From assembly GCA_951406725.2 (NCBI GenBank), contig OX597818.1, forward strand, positions 125,860,001 to 125,924,000: a stretch of DNA of 64,000 nucleotides. Reading direction: 5' to 3'. Position numbers and translations under genes: made by a program. Source of the DNA: Octopus vulgaris (Eukaryota). The notes under the pieces were generated by a model. It did not search any database and was not told the origin of the DNA. It saw only the letters and a program-made list of their open reading frames with translations. Shown here piece after piece: positions 1-14,204 of the stretch (the stretch's first letter is position 1; the number at the start of each line of letters is the position of its first letter).

Positions 1-905
1 CAGATTTAAATAAAAGTCATCCAAAATAACAGGGAAAAGCAAATTTTGATGGTATACGTGCATGTTTGTGTCTGTGTGTGTATATACATACACACGTATA
101 TATTACATACACGTGTGTGTCTGCGTGTGTGTGTGTGCGTGTGTGCGTGATTGGATTAGTGTGTGAGTGTGTAAAGTGCTAGTAAACGTTTGTCTCATTG
201 TAAGACCAGAAAAAACATTCGTGTGTCAGCGTGTGTATATATGTATGTGTGCGTGCGTAAGAGAGAGCGAGAAAGAGAGAGAAGAGCAAGAGTGAAAGAG
301 AGAGGGAGAGGTAGAGAGAGAGGTAGAGAGAGAGGATGAGGTAGAGAGAGAGAGTGAGAGAGCAACTCTGCATTTCTGCATACAAGAGTATTATCGCATT
401 TCTGCGTAATGTTTGAATCATTACAAGATTTGTTTTATGTATTTATGTGTGTATACGTGTATGAACACCCGCACGCATGCGCCTGCGCAAGCACACACAC
501 GTACACACACGTACACACATATACACACATATACATGCACACATATGTATATACACACATATACATGCACACATATGTATATACATACATATACATATAC
601 ATATATATATATATATACACACATACATGCCTATACACACATACATATACACTTGCCTATACACACACATATATGCCTATACGCACAAGCATAGATGTGT
701 GTGTGTGTATGTATGGGTGTGTATGTGTGTGTTTGTATGTGTGTGTGTGTATGTGTGTGTGCGTGTGTGTACATTTGTCTGAGAGTTTTATATGGAACGC
801 GTACATATATGTGAGAAAGGTTTCCGAGTTAAACAAAGAAAGCCTTTTTATGAGATACAAGCTAAATATTTCCCATAGTTTTATCCCTGATATAAACAGC
901 AATAA

Positions 906-938
<33 letters not shown>

Positions 939-1498
939 GAACATCAACAACAGCATCAACAACATCAACAACACCAATTTCAACGACATCAAGAAACTCA
1001 ACACTAACCACAACAGAGACACCAAATTGCATGTTATCATAAAGCAAACACAACTACAAAGAGAAACAATGATCCTAAAACCTATAGCAATTATAACGTC
1101 TAACAACGGTATCTCTACGTGAGCTCTCGACCCGCTAGACATACTACCACAATCTCCCTCAAATTACACGTTACTTAGTGTCCTTACGAATAGAAGATTA
1201 AGGACAAATTGAATGATGAAAATAGAGTGAATAGAAAAAAGATATTAAGGTGTTGGTCAAGGCTGAATAGTCGGGTTAAGGTTGACCCTGGTCTAAAATG
1301 AAAGCAAATATCATACTGCTATGTTAAAAGCTGGGGCAAGTTCAATATTTAGGTCATCATCTCATAATTATCACATATAACAGCTTTTCCACACACACCA
1401 CATACGCGCGCGCTCGTACTCACATACACTCATCGCAAATTTTGGCCGTCTGGTGTAGTTTTTGAAACAATAAACCACACTGTACCCGATGTCCTTCA

Positions 1499-1623
1499 TT
1501 AGTTCCGACCATACACACCTGGACAACTCACAATAACATAGCAAAGCCGCTCTATACACGCCATGTCACTCAGTTTCAAATATTTCAAGGAAAAGGCTTT
1601 GTTGTCCTCGTGTGAACCTCCAG
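1499..1623 (-). CDS. speculative downstream exon of the putative minus-strand gene
   Basis: Acceptor-like ttttctaagacag|; a phase-1 join gives TGGSHEDNKAFSLKYLKLSDMACIERLCYVIVSCPGVYGRN*, with an internal GTGAGT donor after CYVI. No recognisable homology. Confidence 0.15.
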
Positions 1624-2094
1624 CTGTCTTAGAAAATGTCAATGCGAAAATACTACTAGATTTCAGTATACAGGGAAGCCATCAAAGAGGACATAACATG
1701 AATGCCATTCTACATGACAAAAATAACGACAGTATAACTAATTATCAACATGACAATACCTAATGTCTCTAGTGTTATGCAAAACTGAGCTGAAAAGCTA
1801 AAAATTTACATCGACCTAACCGCTGAATTATAAACATTTAGTAATTAAAGAATGTGTCTATCATCTCATTAGCAACTAGTAGAACTGCTGTGACATACAA
1901 CCATTTCTGTAGAGACATTGACAGATTACATATAAGGATAGACATGGCACATTCCAGAAAACAGCAATAAAGGAATCTGTAAATTTCATTACGACATTCT
2001 CAAAGAGCATTTGTTAAAACTTGTGACATTTTATGCAAGTTTTTTTTTCCAAGACGGACAAGGAAACTTATGTACTTTTCAAACAATGAATGAC

Positions 2095-2640
2095 AAAAGT
2101 AGTAGTAGTAGTAGTCGTAATAATGGTGGTGTTGGTGGTAGTGCTTGTTATAGTTGCTTAGGTGGTGATGGTGGCGGTAGTGTTTGTGGTAGTAGTGGTC
2201 GTCGTCGTCATAATAGTTGTAGTAGTAGCAACAGCAGCAGTTGTACTACTACTAGTAGTAGTAGTAGTGGTATGGTGCTTGTGCTGGTAGTAGTTTTAAC
2301 GTTGATGGTGGTAGTGGCAGTGGTAATTGCTGAGGTGGTGATGGTGGTGGTAGAAGTGGTGGTGTTGGTCGTCGTGATAATAGTAGTAGTGCTGGTAGTG
2401 GTGGAGGTGGTGGATGTTGCGTTGGTAGTAGAAGTTGTGGCGGTGGTGGTGGTTGTTGTCATCATTGTCGTGATGGTGGTGGTGGTAGTAGTAGTAGTAG
2501 TAGGAGGAGGAGGAGGAGGAGGAGGCATTGCTGTTTTTGTTGTTTCTAACTCAGGTACAACGTCACAAATTCTGGACAAGGGTTTAGAAGACAGTGATGG
2601 TGAGGTTTGCAGCCGTTGTGGCTGGTGATGGAGATGGTGG
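2095..2640. repeat. compound (AGT)n/(GGT)n/(GGA)n microsatellite
   Basis: Direct reading. Confidence 0.9.
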
Positions 2641-3039
2641 TGACGGATTGACCAAAACCTGAACACTTCACAATACTGACACCAACATTTCCTTTCAACC
2701 CTTTCCCACCCACCCCTACACTTGCATCTCATTCTTTTATTACTCAAACTACTTTGACGATCACGATACCACTAACATCTACATGAAACACCAACAACAC
2801 AAACACTATAACCACACTTCACTTTCGACTCCAACTACACGACAACTGTCGTCGCTACCACACCAGTAATACGGTAAATACCACTCCGACACTATGCCAG
2901 TTACCATCGCTCTCAAATGGTAACAGCTACGACGTCATCGTCGATCTACTACCGTTACTATCGTCAGCACAAATGCAATACCACCTCTCTATCTCCACCG
3001 CCGCAATCAACATCAACCTCACCGTAAACATCGCCACCA

Positions 3040-3521
3040 CTATCCTCCTCCTCCTCCTCTTCTTCTTCTTCTTCTTCTTCTTCCACTTCCTCCTCGTCCT
3101 CTTCCCCTCCTCCATTTCCTCCTCCTCCTCTAGCTCCTTTCTTCCCGCTCCTCCTCCTCTTCTTCGTCTTCTTCCTCTTCCACTTTCTCCTCTTCTTCGT
3201 CTTCTTCCACCTCCTCCTTGTCCTCTTCCCCTCCCCTCCTACTCCTCTACCTCCTCTCTCACCCCCTCCTCTTCTTCGTCCTCTTCCCCCCTCTTCCTCC
3301 TCTCCCTCCTCTCCCCCTCCTCCTCTACCTCCTCTCTTCCCCTCCTCCTCCTCTTCTTCGTCTTCTTCCTCTTCCACTTCCTCCACTTCTTCGTCTTCTT
3401 CCACCTCCTCCTTGTCCTCTTCCCATCCCCTCCTCCTCCTCTACCTCCTCTCCTCCCTCTCCCCTCCTCCTCTTCTTCGTCTTCTTCCTCTTCCCCCTCT
3501 TCTTCGTCTTCCTCCTCCTCC

Positions 3522-3566
<45 letters not shown>

Positions 3567-3567
3567 C

Positions 3568-3608
<41 letters not shown>

Positions 3609-3825
3609 GCAATACAAGCGCCACCTCCACCACTAGTGCAATCAAGACTATGAATACCATTTCCAGCTCCATCATCATCATCAGCAGCAGCTGTAGTAGT
3701 AGTAGTAGTAGTAGCACCACCACCACCACCACCACCACCAATACCACTATCTTCATCATTATCCACTACTACCCTCCTAACCACTACTACTACTACTACT
3801 ACAACCACTCCCACCACCACCACCA
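3040..3825. repeat. C/T-rich low-complexity tract followed by (CAT)n, (CAG)n, (CAC)n, (TAC)n
   Basis: Direct reading; a ~100-bp CT-rich block recurs at ~3150 and ~3345. Confidence 0.9.
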
Positions 3826-3972
3826 TTTCGAACCCGGATTGCAATTAGAGTCATGTTTTACGTCATTTCGTAAGCCATCTCTGTTCAACTCAGAACGGTA
3901 TGGCTTTCCCCGAGGAGGTGGTGACAGGAAACTTTTGTCTTCTCTTGACAATGCAGTTAGTACACAGCTTAC

Positions 3973-4017
3973 TTGCAGGTGACAGCATGTGTGAGGCAAA
4001 TAGACATAACACAAGAA
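3973..4017 (-). CDS. putative 45-nt phase 1-1 exon completing a signal peptide (VLVLCLFASHMLSPA)
   Basis: Minus strand: (TTG)n-TAG acceptor and A|GTAAGC donor. Joins in frame to the MMSSA exon at 17899-17914. Confidence 0.35.
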
Positions 4018-4174
4018 CTACAACAACAACAACAACAACAACAATAATAATAATAATAATAATAATAAATGTATTATATTTATTTATTTGTGTATTTTCC
4101 GGTCAGCGAGTAACAACATTCTTGTTATTGTTTGTGGCAGCTCTTTTGAATTAATCGGAGAGAAATGAGAGAAG

Positions 4175-4256
<82 letters not shown>

Positions 4257-5039
4257 GAGAACTGAGGACGGGAAAAAATGATATAATAATCTGTAATAAA
4301 GGAAATTTTTTTTCTCTCTAGTTTCGACTCAGAGCTGCGGCCATGCAGATGCACCGCCATTTTTCTGTATGTAACTTGTTTTTCTGTATGTAATTTTTTC
4401 TGTATGTATTACCTATAGATTTTTGGGAGGAAACACATTTTTTTTTGTTTGTGCAGGGAGAAAAAGGTGAAAGCTGGGGTTCAACTTTTGCAAGCAAAAT
4501 GGCGTCTCTGTTATCTCTAAAGTAATAGAAATTGCGATGGTAGTTTTGGTAGCCATGGTTGGGGATGTGTTGTTGTGGGTATGTTGCTAAAGCTGTATGA
4601 TAAAGCTGTAGCAACCTGGATAGCGGTGGTGATTATGATGCTGCAGTAGAAGGCGATATCGTGGTATCCATTGAAATGAGGTGGTTGTGATGGTAGAGGT
4701 GGTGGTGGTGATGGTGATGGTGGTGGTGATAATGGTAGTGATGTTTGAGAAAATATTTCTGGTACGTGTGTTTTTTGTAATTTGTTGATCGAATAGACCT
4801 ATAGGCAGAACTATAGGCATACCTATAAGTAGACCTGTAGGTAAAGGCTTACTGTCTGTAACAATCCTATTTTATTTCCTAAACTCGTTCCTCACTAGAC
4901 CACATTGTGCTATGAACGTCTTTCATAAGACGGTGGATATAATAATTTGAGATAGACTTGCTTACACTTTCTAGAAAGCCGACTGACCGTCTATCGGCTA
5001 CCACTGTGGCGGTTGATTGCTAAAGTACAACTATTTTCA

Positions 5040-5400
5040 GATGTTAGAAGAATTTGGTTACAAGCTGAGCCAATCATGATTATATCAATCGTTCTCAGCA
5101 CTTCTTTTTCTTCTTATACTTCTATTTTGGCCGAGAAGGCAAGCAGTTTTCTTCAGTCTGGTGGCTATGGCTAAAGAAACTGTAAGAAGAATAAGTTTGA
5201 ATGTACCAAAGATAGACATTTTCCTCTTCGGTCAATTCCTCAATCAAGCTTGAAAAATTCCGGTTGGACAAGAAGGCGATGAATGAGGAAGTGCTGTCCT
5301 ATAATGAATTTTCTGAAAGATGAATGAGAGTGGCGAGAATGGCACGAGTGGATGGGTTTACTTTCAGCATGTGCCTGTATGCTAGAGACTCCAGCCGAGA
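5040..5400 (+). mobile_element. 3' end of an L1/Tx1-type LINE ORF2 (decayed)
   Basis: Translatable pieces REGKQ/FFSLVAMAKETV and ER*MRVARMARVDG resemble L1/Tx1 ORF2 C-termini; frameshifts and stops. Confidence 0.55.
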
Positions 5401-5776
5401 GAAAGCATTTTACCTTTTGCAGTTTAAGTAATTTTAAATTGCTAGAATTGCTTGATTGACTCTAAGGGCTCTTCCGTTTTCTATTGTATTTTCCATTATT
5501 TGGCTAGGGCACAGAACGAAAGTCGTCTTAACAAAAACCATCAAATGCATATTACGAATCAAAATTCATTATGGAACTCCGTAATAAGTGGAGAGGGAGA
5601 AAAGAACATTAATCACGTGGTTTCTGGCATAGTGTGGTTCAGATTTAGCCAAGAAAGATTACGTCTACAATCGTATTAGAGTTAGAATATTCATACATCG
5701 GAATTAATTCTAGCATTATGATATACAACAGACAAAGGTCTCAGAGAATGACAAGATACCCATACTTTGAGATAAG

Positions 5777-5825
<49 letters not shown>

Positions 5826-6084
5826 GGAGAGACAAACAGACAGATAAAAAGAAGAAAGGCAATCAGTCGTATATTGACGTCAAGCATCACCAAATAAGGA
5901 TTCGCTTTCTCATTGAAGTATCAGTCCAAAGAACTGATAATGTATCTCAAAGAAAAAATAATTCATATAAAAAGATCTCAAAATAGAGATAACCAGAGTA
6001 AGATGACTGATTCCCACCTCGAACACAGTTCATTGTTTTTGATATTTGTCCTTGTAATGGTACAGATATTATACATTAGAAACT

Positions 6085-6480
6085 GTTACGTGGATTGGCA
6101 GAATCGTTAGGGCATCCGATAAAATGCTTTGTGTATTTGTTCCGGCTTTCTCAATGCTGCGTTCGAAAACCACCGCGATCAACTCACCTTTCATTCTTTC
6201 GGAGATCGATAAAGTATTAATCAGGTACTGGAGACTATTGAAACAATTAACCTTCTTTTCTCCAAATTTTTGGCTCTGTGCCAGTGACAGAAATTATAGA
6301 GCATTGAACAACATGCTCCTCGATATTTGATCCATTGTTTTAAGTCCTGAGACCAAATCCCATCGCTATCAAATTTACCTTTTTTCAACCCGGAGTTAAC
6401 AAAAATAAAGTATCAGACACATACTGGGGTCGATATACACGACTGCCACCAAAATTTCAAGCCTGCGCTTTGCCTATCTG
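6085..6480 (+). mobile_element. two tandem decayed copies of SINE family A
   Basis: ttggcagaatcgttag...aaaatgctt...ttcgaaaaccaccgcgatcaactcacctttcattctttcgg; matches the 20280 copy. Confidence 0.7.
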
Positions 6481-6799
6481 TATAAGACATCATCATCATT
6501 TATCAATCATCACTTCTGTGTGTCCCGGGAAAGTGTGGATTTCTGTCTTTTTACTGGTGCTGGCGATGAGGAGGGAGCTAAAGAGATGTATTTGTACGTT
6601 ACATATGATTATTGGTTTTTGTAATGGGATTTCTGTTGTTATCTTTGGAGTTACTTGATCTTCGTTGCCGTCATTATCGTCCTCGCCGCCGTGGTCGCTG
6701 CGTCTTTATTTTCGTCTCGTCGCCGTAGTCGCCGTCTTCATGGTCGTCGCGTCGCCGTCATGGTAGTATGCACATTGTGTGCAGCGCTGGTGATCGTCA

Positions 6800-6944
6800 G
6801 TCGCAGCAGCAGCAGTAGTAGTAGTAGTAGCAGTAGCAGTAGCAGCGCAGTAGCAGTAGCAGCAGTAGCAGCAGTAGTAGTAGTAGTAGTAGCAGCAGTA
6901 GTAGTAGTAGTAGTAGCAGTAGTAGTAGTAGTAGTAGTAGTAGT

Positions 6945-6985
<41 letters not shown>

Positions 6986-6986
6986 T

Positions 6987-7056
<70 letters not shown>

Positions 7057-7057
7057 A

Positions 7058-7110
<53 letters not shown>

Positions 7111-7140
7111 ATGGTGGTGGCGGTGGTGGTGGTGGTGGAG
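6800..7140. repeat. (GCA)n/(GTA)n/(GTG)n compound trinucleotide repeat
   Basis: Direct reading. Confidence 0.95.
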
Positions 7141-7539
7141 CAATATCAAGTTGGTGATGCGACATTTAGTTTGCATCCAGGGGCCCGCAGAAGTCAAGTT
7201 ATACGGAAACAAGTGAGACATATTCTTTGCCCCTTTATATATATATTTATCTATATTATTTACACTGTTAATACATTTATTATGATCAGCAGGTGTCCCG
7301 TCTTTCATTGTAATTTGGTAAAATGCTTCGGGTCACACTAGTTTGAAGTATAAAAAGGAAATTGCAGGAAAACAACAACACAATCATAAATAAGATATAT
7401 TTTGACAGTGATATTGCGTTGGGCTTTTGTAACTTCGTGTATATATATATGAAATAATAATGCTGATCGCCTATTGAGAGCGATACTCAATCCCAAAATA
7501 GAATTATCGACATCCAGAGGGTGGCAGCAATTATTTTTC

Positions 7540-7692
7540 ATAGGTGCAAGCATGGTTATGTGTTACGAATTTTGCTTCCAGGCCATGTGGTTCTGGGTTC
7601 AGTTCCACTGCGTAGAACTTTGGGCATGTGTTTCTACTGTAGCGCCAGACCTTGTGAGTAGATTTGGTAGACTGAAACTGAAGTCAGCCCGT
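7540..7692 (+). mobile_element. SINE family B head, followed by (TATG)n to ~7880
   Basis: aggtgcaagcatggttatgtg...gggttcagttccactgcg...gatttggtagactgaaactgaag...cccgtc; tRNA-like A/B boxes. Confidence 0.75.
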
Positions 7693-7949
7693 CATGTATG
7701 TATGTATGTATGTATGTATGTATGTATGTATGTATGTATGTATGTATGTATGTATGTATGTATGTATGTATGTATGTATGTATGTATGTATGTATGTACG
7801 TATGTATGTATGTATGTATGTATGTATGTATGCATGCACGTATGCACGTATGTACGTATGTATGTATGTATGTATGTATTGTGTGTATGCGTGCGCGTGC
7901 ATACATATATGTATGCATGCATGCATATATACATGTCTGTATGATTTTG

Positions 7950-8128
7950 TTTTATTCTTTTATTTGTTTCAGTCATGTGACTGCGGCGATGTTGGAGCAG
8001 TGTCTTTTAGGCAAAGAAATCGAAGCCTAGTACGTATTCTACCGTCTCTTTTGCCGAACTACTAAGTTACGGGGACGTATGTATACCATCATTGGTTGTG
8101 AAGTGCTTGTTTAGAGACAGACAGACAG

Positions 8129-8165
<37 letters not shown>

Positions 8166-8325
8166 TTCGACGGGCTTCCTTCAGTTTCCTTCTACCAAAT
8201 CCACTCACAAGACTTTGGTCATCCTGAGGCTCAAGCAGAAGACACTTGCTCAAGGTACCACACAGTGGGACTGAACCCAGAACAATGTCTTTGCGGAGCA
8301 AGTTTCTTATCACGCAACCACATCT
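7950..8325 (-). mobile_element. SINE family B
   Basis: Reverse-complement match to the head and tail seen at 16545-16940. Confidence 0.8.
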
Positions 8326-8408
8326 GTGATACACACACACACGCATATATATATACAGACATACATATATACGCATACACACACACACACACAAACACAC
8401 ACACATAC

Positions 8409-8466
<58 letters not shown>

Positions 8467-8569
8467 GTGTGTATGTGAGTGTGTGTGTGTGTTTGTGTCT
8501 GTGTGTGTGTGTGCGTGTGTGCGTGTATGTACGTATATATCTCTGTGTGTCTGTGAGCCTAGTGAGTCT

Positions 8570-8765
8570 ATATGTTTGCGTCTGTGCCCATCACAGCTTG
8601 AAAACCGGTTTTGCTTTGCTTACATCCCCGTAACTTAGCAGTTCTGCAAAAAAAAAAAAGAAAAAACTGATAGAAAAAGTGCCAAACTTCAAAAGATAAG
8701 TACTGGGATCGATTCGCTTCGTTAAAACACTTCAAATCGCAATTCAATGACTGAAATGAATTAAA
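8570..8765 (+). mobile_element. SINE family B tail
   Basis: gcttgaaaaccggt...acatccccgtaacttagcagttc...aagtactgggatcgatt...atgactgaaa. Confidence 0.7.
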
Positions 8766-9089
8766 AAAACAAAACGACGAATTTTAAATTTTTATTTTGC
8801 TTCTATTTAGCCATAGGTGAGGACCTTTTGAGCACACCAATCTATGACTGAAGCATTCCGATGTAATTATCATGTCGAGGAACCCCATACAAACTCCCTT
8901 GCTTGTTCTCACAATTATTGTTATTGTTGCTTAGCCGCGAGTTCCTCCTCCCTTCAGCTGAGAATTTTGAGTTTCTCTCCCTTCCTTCGGCTGTCACATC
9001 CTCGATATTCCGATATCGATACATAAATACAGAAGAAACACAAGTAAGTAGATTCAATACTGTACGCACTGTAAGGTAGCGATCTGGCA

Positions 9090-9575
9090 AAATTGTTATC
9101 TCACAGGACAAAATGCTTAACTGTATTCCTTCCGGATTTACCTTCTGAGTTTAAATTTCACCGAGGTCGAGTTTGCTTTTCAGGGTTGTTAAAATAAGTA
9201 CTTGAGTCGATGTAATCCACTAATCCCCCTCCCCAAAAGTTTCAGGGTTTGTGCGTATAGTAGAAAGAAGGTAAACATGCTATACCCTTTAATTTTTTCA
9301 TTTTTGTTTAGAAAATTTTTGTAGTTAATCTTTAAAAATACATCATATATAAAGGTGGTGGGCTGGTAGATTCATTAAAATATCGGACAAAATGCATTGC
9401 AGCAATTTTTCCGGTTGTTAACATTCTGAATTCAAATTCTGCTGGAGTCAACTTAGCTTTTCCTCCTTTCGAGATAAAAAAAAAAAAAGAAATCGTCCAT
9501 TTACTGGAATCTGTTTTCATCGAATAACCACTTGCACCAAATTTCAGGCCTTTTACGTATGCTAAAAACAATTAT
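9090..9575 (+). mobile_element. two decayed SINE family A copies (~9090-9270 and ~9353-9575)
   Basis: ttctgagtttaaatttcaccgaggtcgag and ttctgaattcaaattctgctggagtcaac cores. Confidence 0.65.
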
Positions 9576-11074
9576 TAGAATAATGATGAGTTCGAGGGTT
9601 GTAGCTAGCTGAATTGGGTGAAAAGTGATATCGATTTAATCGATATGATACTCCTTTTATCGCTTTCAACGTAGCTAGATACAGCAAGGGTTTTAGTCTG
9701 GCAGTTTACCGATTTTGTGACCGCATGATATGCGAATCTTGAGTTTCAGAATGTTTTGATTAACTACCATAAAGAAGCAATTTACTTCAAAAATCAGTCT
9801 CCATTCACCCATCTATCCATTCATCTGTTCTGCCCACTGTTTCAGGAATAGAGTAGTTGGGGTAGAGTTTTCAGTCACTTCTTCCATGTAGTCCTATTAA
9901 AAGCAACCATCATTAGAATCTCCAACTGGATTTTCAAGCGTGACCTACTGCAGCAATGGACACCATTCAACCAATTCAGTCCTGTTCTACCTGTAGCTCT
10001 TCTGCCAGATGGCTCGGCTTGAATACTTGGTTCTTTTTCTTTTTTTTTGTCTTTCCTGTGAAGTTCTAATCACATGTCCATATTACTGGAGTTCTGATGG
10101 AGCTATGACCTCTGAAGGTGGAGAAAAAGTGACTTGACCTTGGAGGGACTCGCTGATCTCCGAACGACATAACCCCACGAGTAAGGTCTCTCCAGAAAAA
10201 TAATAGTGCCACATGTCTTCTTTAGCTACATGTTATATTCAGGTAGAATATTTTATTTAGCTACTTCATATGAAGTTGTTTCTTTTATTTACGTGTATTA
10301 TTGAGATACATCTTTTATTTAGCTACATATCCTACGGAGCAATATCTTCATGCACATGTTACATGTTTCATTTAGCTACATATCTTTATAAAGCTACACC
10401 CTTCTTTTTAACGCCATATCTAATTTAGATACATGTTTTATTTAGTTATACCGAATGAAGCTACAACTTTTATTTACCGCACTACAAGGCATAAAATATA
10501 CACAAACATATTAGACACACCTCATTCTCAACAGCACACATTCAAGGAAAAAGGTGTTTTTTTTGGCAGTAAAGCTTATAGGAGGTCTAACTTCGCATAT
10601 AGGACCCAGGGTGCTTTTTTAGATAACTTTTTAGGAAAATGTGAGTCTTATACTCCTTCAAATACGGTAACTACTTATCTTATTTCGTTATATATGTCTA
10701 GATGTCTTAGAAGATGATGTTGCCAATGTTTTGGTCCTCACACTACCATGTATGGACAACCCTGCCCACCAGAAGAATTTCATAAGCAGTAAAGATGTAG
10801 GTGGGTGGTTTTGGTAATAATTTGGAATAGTGGATAACGACGCTAATATTTCATAGTGCAGGGATCAGGACTAGCATTGTGAAAATAGTCCCAAAATCTC
10901 CCTAAAGAGATGTGATGTTCATTACTGGAACGGTTCTAATTGAAAGGTCTGGTTTTGTCAGTACTCAAATGTGAAACATTTTTTCCACGAACCGTAGGAC
11001 CTCGTGCATAACAAAACGTAATAAAGTGCATAGTATGTAATTAAACTATTACATTTATAATACATATATATTGG

Positions 11075-11285
11075 TCTCAAATTTTGCTAGAAGGCCAGCA
11101 GGTTTGTAGGAGGGGTCAGTCGATTAAATCGAGCCCAGTGTTCAACTGGTATTTATTTTATCGACCCCGAAAGGATAAAAGACAAAGTTGACCTCGGCGG
11201 AATTTGGACTCAGAACGTAAAGATGGACGAATAGCCATTAAGCAATTTGCCCGGCGTGCTAATGGATCTGCCAGCTCGCCGCCTT
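11075..11285 (-). mobile_element. SINE family A
   Basis: tcgaccccgaaaggataaaagacaaagttgacctcggcggaatttggactcagaacgtaa...ctgccagctcgccgcc. Confidence 0.85.
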
Positions 11286-11804
11286 ATAATACATATATTA
11301 ATTATATAATACATATATAATGCAAAACATTCTGCAAACTGCGATAGTCAATCAAATAGAAATAAAATTTTAAATCTTATTCTTTCTGTGCGTTCCGGTG
11401 ATGGTCTACAGCTCGGTGGTTGAGGGTACCTGGACTAAACAACAACATGGAAATGAATGCAAAGATGTGGAGAGAGTTAGTGTGAAAGGGGAGTCATTTT
11501 AACTGATTAACCGTTGTAAAACTTCAAAAACAAAATGTCTCCATTTTCACACCGTTCAGGAAACGTAGAAATAAGTCATGTCAGCCAACTGACATAATGA
11601 CATATACAGCATATATATACTTTATAAAACCTGTGCCACTCACTGTTCTGACACTTCATGCCGATAAACATAAACACACATCTTCTACGTATAGACATAT
11701 GTAAGCATGCATGCATAGAAACTGAAAATTCAAAAGCACTGAAAAATACCCTGCGGATAGGTACAAACATATATGCACTTCAACACTCCGGCTTCTTTGT
11801 TCTG

Positions 11805-11885
<81 letters not shown>

Positions 11886-12039
11886 TGTGTGTATAGTTGT
11901 ACGTCGGTGTAAACGCATGTCGGTGTGTGTGTGTGCCAGAGGTTCTGTATCTGTATGTCCACGTAATATGTTTGTGTAGATGTTTACGTTTCAAAAACCA
12001 CTCTCTAGCACATCCACTCACTCTAAAGAACAATTTCCG

Positions 12040-12112
<73 letters not shown>

Positions 12113-12115
12113 TTT

Positions 12116-12191
<76 letters not shown>

Positions 12192-12307
12192 CCTACCTAT
12201 CTATCTGTGTGTCTGTCTGTCTGTCTGTTTATATATGTATATATGTATATGTACATACATACATGCATATATACATAAATATGTATGCATATATATGTAT
12301 TTTATCC

Positions 12308-12355
<48 letters not shown>

Positions 12356-12543
12356 CTCTCAACGCTCACCTGCACCCTCTGAACTGGAACTATCTATATT
12401 TCGTAACGTAGGGGCTCTAGAAAATTCAGGCTTTTGGTTAGTAACTTTGGGCAGTACAGTGACACTTGAAGTACTCATGTATTGAATGTGATTATGTGTG
12501 TACTGTATGTGAATATATTTCCTTGTATTTGAGTAAGAATGTG

Positions 12544-12591
<48 letters not shown>

Positions 12592-12829
12592 ATGTACGAA
12601 TGTTTAAAATTTGCCTACATACATACATACATACATATATACATACATACATACATACATACATACATACATGCATACATACATACATACATACATACAT
12701 ACATACATACAAACATACATATATGCATATATATACATACACGTAGAAAGTGTCATATATGTAGAATAAAAAGATATATATTTATGAACTAAATTGGTTA
12801 TATATTCATATTCACGCACTATTGATATT

Positions 12830-13502
12830 TTTCTTCATTTAACTGTTGTTGTACAGAGGTTGTTCTGTTACATTGGTAAATAGGGAAAATGTTGATGTTT
12901 GATTGCAGATATCCTGCATGTCTTTAAGCAGTGTTCTTCGTTTGAAAGACATTCTTGTTTGGCCTATATAGTTGTGTCCGCATCCTGAATAAAGTATAAC
13001 GTAGATAAAGTTTTTGGATGTACAGGTAAACTCAATCTTATTTTGAATCTTTGCTCCTATCAAAAATGGAAATCCGAATCTTCAAGTAAGCTGGAACATG
13101 TACCTGAATTAGGTCACCCACATTCAGCAACTCTTGGTTCTGTTGTTGTTGGCTATAATTTTGCATATGTCAATATTCTCTTTCGTGATTTTGATTGTTT
13201 TTTTTTCTATTTTGATGAATTTTGTGAGTGCAAAGAATTTGATTAATTTTAGGGTCCCTAGTGAGCGTAGGTAAATTTTGAATGATGGTTTTATATGCTT
13301 CATTGTTTCTAGGTGCAGGTAGACGTATAGGGTATCGTTTTTAAAAATCGGGTGTATTATTTCGTCTTACTTCTCTTAGCGTCTCGGCATCAATCCTCTT
13401 GGCATGTTTTATTCAATCATTTGTTAGTAAAGGTGGGTAATGTCTCTCGACACTAGCTGAGCAAATTGTTTTCGCTGAATTACATACACACATACGCACG
13501 CA

Positions 13503-13564
<62 letters not shown>

Positions 13565-13985
13565 TACACACACACACATACACACACACACACATACACA
13601 CACAAAACACATATATTTTGAATTGTTTCGAGTGACATGAGCAGAATATTGCTTAGAGTCTATAGGTTTACAGTTTTCAATTTGAATGTTAATATTTCTT
13701 TTATTAAAATATCAAAACATGGAAATTCCTCTTTGCTGTATTCCATTATGAATTGGATGTTGGTATTTATACCACTGAGCAGTGAATTCAATTTGAACAG
13801 TTTATCAATACTTTTATTCCAAATGATAAAGCAGTCATTCCGACATCATTTCCAATCCTCTCTTATATATAGGCAATAGGAGTGTCCATATTTTGAAGGG
13901 ATACTTGATAAACAGTCAATTCGAAATACCCCATTCCTGGGTTTACAAAAGCTGGGGCTGCTTTTGTTCTCATCGCAATTCCAAA
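12830..13985 (-). mobile_element. decayed Penelope-like element (RT fragment ~13620-13985; linker and GIY-YIG endonuclease ~12830-13400), split by (CA)n
   Basis: FTCTSKNFIYVILYSGCGHNYIGQTRMSFKRR is the PLE GIY-YIG signature. WK*CRNDCFIIW...INTNIQFIMEYSKEEFPCFDILI is the degenerate YxDD RT region. Confidence 0.85.
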
Positions 13986-14121
13986 TTACTTATTTCTATC
14001 GGCCACTTTTGCCGAACCGCTAAATAACGGGGACGTAAACACCCTAACTCTGGTTGTCAAGCGGTGATAGTGGGACAAACATAGAACAAAGACACACAAA
14101 CACACACACATACATACATAA

Positions 14122-14152
<31 letters not shown>

Positions 14153-14204
14153 CATACATACATACATACATACATACATACATACATACATACATACATA
14201 CATA

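Noticed and set aside
1425-1530. CPGVYG and KICDEC strings reminiscent of CHH/ITP neuropeptides
   Set aside because: They lie in different frames with a stop between them; likely chance.
4310-4370. Plus-strand acceptor/donor-like mini-exon
   Set aside because: The reverse complement matches the SINE B tail (ggcggtgc...catggccgcag).
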